A stretch of DNA of 64,000 nt, from assembly GCA_964349555.1 (NCBI GenBank), contig CAYGGK010000001.1, forward strand, positions 120,330 through 184,329. The letters run 5' to 3'. Source of the DNA: an uncultured Candidatus Saccharibacteria bacterium (GTDB lineage: Bacteria > Patescibacteriota > Minisyncoccia > Phycocordibacterales > Phycocordibacteraceae). The notes beneath the pieces were generated by a model, which saw only the letters and a list, made by a program, of their open reading frames with translations, was not told the origin of the DNA and did not search any database. The translations under genes were made by a program, and so were the position numbers. This document shows, one piece after another, positions 58,662-64,000 of the stretch. Numbering within the stretch: the first letter of the stretch is position 1; each line of letters opens with the position of its first letter.

Positions 58662-60114
58662 TAAAAAAGTCCTATTCCAGCTCGCCGTCGTCGGCGCGGT
58701 CGGTTTAACAGTATGGATCTGGTTTGGCATACTTTTTACGCGAACGCCGTCCGACACGCTATACGTTCTTGACGTGGGGCAAGGAGATAGTCAATTAGTC
58801 GTCCTCGCCTCAGAAGACGGCAAGTCGGTAATAAAAATTCTTATAGACGGTGGCAGAGATAAAACAGTGCTGTATGCCCTCGACGAGGCGCTCGGAAACT
58901 TGAATGATAAATATATAGATCTCGTTATTCTCACGCAGACTGACCTTGACCACATGGGCGGGATTATTGAAGTTACACAACGGTACGACGTCGGTATGTT
59001 CGTATCGAACGGACGCGAGAGAGACTCTGACGCATACGCGGCATTGCGAAAAACGCTCACCGACCGCGGCATCAATACAATCGCCCTCCTTGAAGGAGAC
59101 TCCATACGTTACGGCGATAACATCCTGACCGTTCTCTCACCGCATCAGGAACGCTTGAAAAGCAAGAGCACAAATGAGGCGAGTCTCGTTGTCATGCTCC
59201 AGTCGGGAGGTACAAAAACACTCTTTACCGGAGACATCGGCTTCCCTACCGAAAATGAGCTTCTTGAGAAAAAAGTTGACCTTACGGCCGACATCCTGAA
59301 GGTCGGGCATCATGGCTCAAAATATTCTTCCGGCGAGAACTTCCTCGCCGCTGTGCGACCAACGATTTCAGTTATTGGCGTCGGTATGAAAAATGGGTAC
59401 GGACATCCTGCGGCGCGCGTGTTAGAGACTCTTGAGCTTGCCGGTTCGCGTGTGTATCGTACCGACCTTAATGGGACCATCAAAATTCCACTAGGCGCGA
59501 GCGAACTCGCGCGCACAGAAACGCCTCGCGAGAGCTCTCTGGCGGCGCTTATAAGCATCGCGACAGGTGACTACGCGCAAACGGGCTTCACAACGATCTC
59601 CTTGCAACAGGCGCGGGAGGAGGCAGGCGAATCCGATCTCGTTCCATACAAAAAATGTTCGTTCCATACCGAGGGCAGCCCTCGGTATTCGCCGGTCGTC
59701 ATCAATGAAGTTGCGTGGATGGGTTCGCTCTCCGGCGCCACGCATGAATGGATAGAATTACACAATGTCTCATCGGCACAGGTGGATATGTCCGGCTGGC
59801 AGCTTCTAAATGAGAATGAGCGGCTCCGCGTCACCTTCCCGCAGAAGTCAGTATTTAATCAATCTTACCTTCTGCTCGCGCGCAGTGCCGCCAGCGAGGC
59901 GCTCGGGTTTGACGCCACGCTCGTCTTTACCGGCTCTCTGCGCAACAGTAATGAAGGCCTGCGGTTATATGACAATGAGTGTAATCTAATAGACGAAGTG
60001 CCCGTCTCTTTAAAATGGGTCGCTGGAAATAACACATCAAAACAGACGATGGAGCGCATGCCCGATCTGTCGTGGCGCACCTCCATGAGCCCTGGAGGCA
60101 CCCCGAACAACTAG
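58645..60114 (+). CDS. comEC: ComEC C-terminal metallo-β-lactamase domain + lamin-tail domain
   Basis: YVLDVGQGDS…, HHGSKYSS, and an LTD (VVINEVAWMG…EWIELHN). It overlaps the upstream ORF by 17 nt in a different frame. Confidence 0.7.
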   Translation: MKNPLDKKVLFQLAVVGAVGLTVWIWFGILFTRTPSDTLYVLDVGQGDSQLVVLASEDGKSVIKILIDGGRDKTVLYALDEALGNLNDKYIDLVILTQTDLDHMGGIIEVTQRYDVGMFVSNGRERDSDAYAALRKTLTDRGINTIALLEGDSIRYGDNILTVLSPHQERLKSKSTNEASLVVMLQSGGTKTLFTGDIGFPTENELLEKKVDLTADILKVGHHGSKYSSGENFLAAVRPTISVIGVGMKNGYGHPAARVLETLELAGSRVYRTDLNGTIKIPLGASELARTETPRESSLAALISIATGDYAQTGFTTISLQQAREEAGESDLVPYKKCSFHTEGSPRYSPVVINEVAWMGSLSGATHEWIELHNVSSAQVDMSGWQLLNENERLRVTFPQKSVFNQSYLLLARSAASEALGFDATLVFTGSLRNSNEGLRLYDNECNLIDEVPVSLKWVAGNNTSKQTMERMPDLSWRTSMSPGGTPNN

Positions 60115-60152
60115 TTGAGCTCCCTCTGTCAAGTAACTAGAAAACTGCTACA

Positions 60153-61178
60153 ATGTGGACAATGAATCGCGGTTTTATGATACGGCTCGGCCTCGGAGCG
60201 CTGTCTGTAATCATCATGGGAGGAGTGCTTTCGTCGTTCCCTACCCTGCTTGCGCTCAATATCGAGCGAGAACAGGAACAGGCTCCCCCAAGCATGCACG
60301 AACAGTTCCCTGTCACGGTTAACCCGAAAGAAAAGACGATAGTTGAAAATGACCTGGTAAATGCGTTTCTTGAGAGCGACGGCTCTCCGCTCCAAGCGAC
60401 GGCATGGAACGTCCAAAACGTATTTCAAGACCTGTTTGCGTGGATCGCTGTGACGGTAGCAAATGTACCTTTGTACCAAACCCTCGCGGCCTCTGACGGC
60501 CGCTTCGTCAATATCACCCCGGGGATGCGCAAGGAACAGGTGGCGAGCGCGTTCGCAAATGTTCTCGGGTGGAACGCGAAGCAGAAAAAAGAATTCCTCA
60601 CCGCCTCGCCGTATGCATCTCTCCCGCTCCCGGAGGGTTCGTTTACTCCGGGAATCTACGTGGTCACAGTCGGCACCTCACCCATTGAGGCGCAGGCGCT
60701 TGTGAATGACCGATTTTCCAAAAATATTTTGGCCCGCTACGGCTCGGAGACGGCCAAAGCGGTCCCTCTTGAGCAGGCGCTCATTATCGCCTCGCTTATT
60801 GAGCGCGAAGCGGCCGGGCCCGACGATATGCGCTTCGTTTCAGGTGTTATTTGGAACAGGATTTTTATTGACATGAAGCTCCAGATAGACGCGACGCTTC
60901 AATACGCGAGAGCAAATACAACCGGAGCGAAGAGTTGGTGGCCGCAAGCGCTCCCTGCCGACCGATTCATCAAGTCGCCGTACAACACCTACCTGCATAA
61001 AGGGCTACCTCCCTCGCCGATAGCGAACCCGTCGGTCGCCTCCGTGCTCGCCGCCCTTAATCCTAAAAAAACTTCCTGTATATTCTATTTCCACGATGCG
61101 GCTGGAGGATTCCACTGCGCCGACACCTACGCAGGGCACGTCGCACTCTTAAAGAAATACTACGGCCGCGGAAAGTAA
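60153..61178 (+). CDS. mltG: Endolytic murein transglycosylase MltG (YceG family)
   Basis: YceG domain, …YFHDAAGGFHCADTYAGH…. Confidence 0.75.
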   Translation: MWTMNRGFMIRLGLGALSVIIMGGVLSSFPTLLALNIEREQEQAPPSMHEQFPVTVNPKEKTIVENDLVNAFLESDGSPLQATAWNVQNVFQDLFAWIAVTVANVPLYQTLAASDGRFVNITPGMRKEQVASAFANVLGWNAKQKKEFLTASPYASLPLPEGSFTPGIYVVTVGTSPIEAQALVNDRFSKNILARYGSETAKAVPLEQALIIASLIEREAAGPDDMRFVSGVIWNRIFIDMKLQIDATLQYARANTTGAKSWWPQALPADRFIKSPYNTYLHKGLPPSPIANPSVASVLAALNPKKTSCIFYFHDAAGGFHCADTYAGHVALLKKYYGRGK

Positions 61179-61834
61179 CCTGATTCAATGAGTTTGTAGT
61201 CGCGCGGGAAGAAGTGTTGGGCAATTTTGAATATGCCATACGCCATAAACGGCGCGGCGAGTACGTCTATTGAGTAGTGTGCATGCGCCAAGAGCACGGC
61301 AACTCCAAAAATGAACGATAGAGACATAAATATGTAACGCGCATATGGAATATCCCAGAAAATGAGCGCGGCGAGAAACGGGAGCCCCGTGTGACCCGAA
61401 AAGAATAGCCCCGTCTGCAAGTTGAGGTACAAATAAACCGCATCAAAAAAACCTGACCCGAGGGCTATGTTATCGGGATGGATACCGATATGAGTGAGCG
61501 AAATAAATATCGCCCTAATAATGACAAAGAGCGCAAGCGCTTTCAGCGTAAAAAGGACGTGCCTTGGCTTTGAGAACACAAAAAGCGTGGAAAGAATAGC
61601 GGCCATGAAAGAAACTTCAACAATGACGAAATTCGTGTCGAGAGCAGGAATGTTGTTCAAAATGAGATCGCCTACATGGTTAGAGGTTGAGCGCAAAGAA
61701 TAGACGAACACATAGAACGTGGCGAAGTATTCGGCGAGATAGGCGGCCCCGAGCAAGGCGAGCGCGCTAAGAAACGAAGGGAGTCGTTCGCTAGAGAATA
61801 GGTCCCGTAAGCTGAAGGTGTCAGGGGGTTGCAT
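61160..61834 (-). CDS. PAP2 family membrane phosphatase
   Basis: SGHTG and AHAHYSIDV motifs. Confidence 0.55.
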   Translation of the reverse strand: MQPPDTFSLRDLFSSERLPSFLSALALLGAAYLAEYFATFYVFVYSLRSTSNHVGDLILNNIPALDTNFVIVEVSFMAAILSTLFVFSKPRHVLFTLKALALFVIIRAIFISLTHIGIHPDNIALGSGFFDAVYLYLNLQTGLFFSGHTGLPFLAALIFWDIPYARYIFMSLSFIFGVAVLLAHAHYSIDVLAAPFMAYGIFKIAQHFFPRDYKLIESGYFPRP

Positions 61835-61959
61835 TTCTATAGAGTATATGCTATGCTCAACGTATCAACCAGCGGCTTAATCCAGAGAAGTGGGATCGAG
61901 CTTCTATCTTCGGCTACTGATTTGATACATTAGTCACACAATCATCTCTATTGTTATCT

Positions 61960-62169
61960 ATGCAAAACGGCACAGTAATCAAGAAGAACGAGAAGGGCTT
62001 CGGCTTTATTAAGGTCGACGGCGCGCCGGAAGGCGCGAAGGACCTCTTCTTCCATTCAAACGAGCTCAAGAACGTTTCGTTCGACGAGCTCCAGGAAGGG
62101 GACAAGGTTTCTTTTGAGGTTGGCGACAGCCCAAAAGGCCCGAACGCTCTCAACGTCAGCAAAGCCTAA
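61960..62169 (+). CDS. cspA: Cold-shock protein (CSD)
   Basis: KGFGFI (RNP1) and FFH (RNP2). A terminator hairpin follows at 62188-62215. Confidence 0.85.
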   Translation: MQNGTVIKKNEKGFGFIKVDGAPEGAKDLFFHSNELKNVSFDELQEGDKVSFEVGDSPKGPNALNVSKA

Positions 62170-62235
62170 GTCATTCGACCGAGGCTCGAGAAAGCGCCCC
62201 GCTTTGCGGGGCGCTTTCTTGTTATACTTCTAATA

Positions 62236-62952
62236 ATGTCTGACGCATTTATGCCGAACAAAGGAAAACGCCTGGACGCTGTTGCGCTCGGCGTGAGCTA
62301 TTTGCGCCTCCCCATTAAAACGCGCCTTATTAACGTCGGTGACGACTTGACGCAACTTCTTGAAGAATATGTGCGACCGCACCTTAAAAACGGAGACATT
62401 CTTTTTATCAGCGAGAAGATTGTCTGCATCACGCAGGGACGCATCGTACGCCGCGATGATGTACGGACTTCGTGGCTCGCGCGGTTTCTCTCGACAAAGG
62501 TGCGCAACTACGCGGGAACGCCTCAATTCCGCGGGCTCGGCCACGGCACCGCGCCGGCGATGCAACTGCTTATTGAAGAAGCGGGATACCCACGCACCCT
62601 CTTCGCCGCCTTTGTTTCGGCGCTGACCCGCCCGCTCGGCATCAAGGGCGCGTTCTATTATCTGGTCGGTAAGCAAGCGAAGTCTATTGACTGCCCGATG
62701 TCGTGGACTATTGAACCATTTCAAGAATATGCAAAGCGAGCGCCCGCAGACCCTGACGGTGTCGCGAGAAAAATTAAAGAAGCATTCGGTGTAGAAACGG
62801 TTATCGTTGACGCGAATTACCGCGGAGCATTCTCGCTCGGCAAGTCAACGCGCAGCATATCGGAAAAACTCATACGCGAACTCCTCGCAGACAACCCCGC
62901 CGGCCAAGACAGCGAAATGACGCCTTTCTTCATCGTTCGCCGCCGACATTAG
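62236..62952 (+). CDS. CofE/F420-0:γ-glutamyl ligase-like protein
   Basis: …GDDLTQLLEE…GDILFISEKIVCITQGR… and …VETVIVDANYRG… resemble the F420 ligase fold. Confidence 0.45.
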   Translation: MSDAFMPNKGKRLDAVALGVSYLRLPIKTRLINVGDDLTQLLEEYVRPHLKNGDILFISEKIVCITQGRIVRRDDVRTSWLARFLSTKVRNYAGTPQFRGLGHGTAPAMQLLIEEAGYPRTLFAAFVSALTRPLGIKGAFYYLVGKQAKSIDCPMSWTIEPFQEYAKRAPADPDGVARKIKEAFGVETVIVDANYRGAFSLGKSTRSISEKLIRELLADNPAGQDSEMTPFFIVRRRH

Positions 62953-62957
62953 CACAT

Positions 62958-62985
62958 AAATGACGCTATAGCGTAAAATTGGGGA
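62958..62985. repeat. Third copy of the palindromic element
   Basis: tgacgctatagcgtaaaattgggga. Confidence 0.7.
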
Positions 62986-63032
62986 TAGTGCCTTGAAATG
63001 TTTTGGAGACTGAGAAATCGCATTCGCCGCAG

Positions 63033-63668
63033 TTAGGTTCGCGTGTCGGACTCTTTCCACTCGATGAGTCTCCCCGCCTTGAGCTCCATGGTGTCGGCCT
63101 TACGAACATGGCGCCAATTCCCCTTTGGAACAAGGTTGTAATGAGGGAGCACGCCCAAGGCCTCAACGATAGTTCTCACTCTTTCTTCAGAGGTTATCCA
63201 ATCGGTGCCGAAACGTTTTAAATTAAGCGGCCGCGAGTAACACTCAAGCGTCTTCTCCCCCGTTTTATTCAAGAACCATTCATGAAAATAAGAGAGCGCG
63301 AGCTCGCGGGGCGTACGATAGATTGGGTCGCGGAACCGTATCGTTGCGTGATTCGTCTTACTGATGGCACCCCAGAAACCGTCACGCTTGTAGAGCGCAA
63401 CAACATGGTCAACATCTCCCCTGCCGAGGCGCGCCGAGAGATTCATTATGAGCGGCGGCTCCCCATGGAGCAAAAGCGCGGCGGCGGCGAGTAAGGCGCC
63501 CTCTGTGCAATGTGCCTTCTTCTCCTTAAGAACTTGACGCACCGACATCTGTGTCTCGTCCTTTTTCTCCCAGTTCATCGGAATGCGGTCCAAAAAATCT
63601 TGTATCTTGATCGGCGTGGAGAGCTCTCGTAAAACACTCTCCTCGCTATGCGTCAGGCCAAACTTCAT
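63033..63668 (-). CDS. Transglutaminase-like cysteine peptidase superfamily protein
   Basis: Putative Cys (AHCTEGALLAAAALLLHG), His (DVDHVVALY) and Asp spaced as in papain-fold or lasso-B2-type enzymes. Confidence 0.35.
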   Translation of the reverse strand: MKFGLTHSEESVLRELSTPIKIQDFLDRIPMNWEKKDETQMSVRQVLKEKKAHCTEGALLAAAALLLHGEPPLIMNLSARLGRGDVDHVVALYKRDGFWGAISKTNHATIRFRDPIYRTPRELALSYFHEWFLNKTGEKTLECYSRPLNLKRFGTDWITSEERVRTIVEALGVLPHYNLVPKGNWRHVRKADTMELKAGRLIEWKESDTRT

Positions 63669-64000
63669 CTAAAATTCATCAAAGTCAGACGTGATGTTCA
63701 CCGTCACAGAGTCGGAAAGAGAGTCGCAGGTGATGGTGTAGGTGGATTGGGCGGAGACGGTCACGGCCTGAGACCCTGAGGAGGTTGTGGTCGAGACCCC
63801 GGGGCCGGTAACGGTGCAGGAGTTCACGCCAGTGGCGCTCCAGGAGATGGTCGTTGAGTTCCCGGAGGATACTACTCTCGCAGGGTCGGCGTTGATGGTT
63901 ACGTTTGGGGGGAGGACTTCAACAGTCGCAAACGAGGGGGCGGAGGTCCCGCCCGGGCCACTGCAGACGACTTGGTAGTTGTGGGGGCCCACCGTAGTGA
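63669..64000 (-). CDS. Secreted Ig-like/β-sandwich repeat protein, C-terminal fragment
   Basis: Thr/Ser-rich β-strand repeat (…TITCDSLSDSVTVNITSDF). The ORF runs off the end of the window. Confidence 0.4.
   Translation of the reverse strand, partial: TTVGPHNYQVVCSGPGGTSAPSFATVEVLPPNVTINADPARVVSSGNSTTISWSATGVNSCTVTGPGVSTTTSSGSQAVTVSAQSTYTITCDSLSDSVTVNITSDFDEF

Noticed and set aside
1-64000. CRISPR array, rRNA genes, reverse transcriptase (DGR or retron), obvious toxin-antitoxin pairs
   Set aside because: No regularly spaced repeat-spacer structure was seen anywhere. No RT motifs (YxDD) were found in any ORF. No rRNA-like conserved stretches were recognised.

Overview
This 64-kb window looks like a small-genome, CPR/Patescibacteria-like bacterium. 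It is dense with translation, cell-envelope and chaperone genes. Recognisable content:

- Two PBP transpeptidases and a dcw-type block (mraZ-rsmH-ftsL-ftsI-murF) on the + strand. A second block, murG-ftsW-mraY-dacA-scpB-scpA, lies on the - strand.
- Seven aminoacyl-tRNA synthetases: a class I LysRS, CysRS, GluRS, AspRS, TrpRS and TyrRS.
- Three tRNAs read by eye: Glu-CUC, Tyr-GUA and Asn-GUU.
- grpE-dnaK ... dnaJ, recR-dnaB, rplU, rplI, rpmA, comEC, mltG and cspA.

The most unusual signal is a recurring architecture around essential genes. Short, frame-intact but synonymously diverged copies of the 3' coding termini of murF (three copies in total) and of tyrS (two copies) bracket small accessory cassettes inserted immediately downstream of those genes. 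A mirror-image case lies between dnaK and dnaJ, where a near-consensus promoter, leader and first ~11 codons are duplicated. This is the pattern left by integrative elements that target gene ends and supply a replacement terminus, as with e14 in icd. No integrase is present inside the cassettes.

Other accessory features:
- An IS200/RAYT-type Y1 transposase flanked by 25-bp REP-like hairpins.
- A 14-bp palindromic motif (TACGCTATAGCGTA) present three times, once inside a 38-bp perfect palindrome.
- An AT-rich gene with four 201-bp tandem repeats wedged between rplI and rpmA.
- A SET-domain protein in the murF cassettes.
- An islet next to tRNA-Asn carrying HNH, a GC-rich Nudix and a VOC protein.

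No CRISPR array, rRNA or reverse transcriptase was seen. All coordinates and calls come from reading the ORF track and the sequence by eye; nothing was searched against a database.
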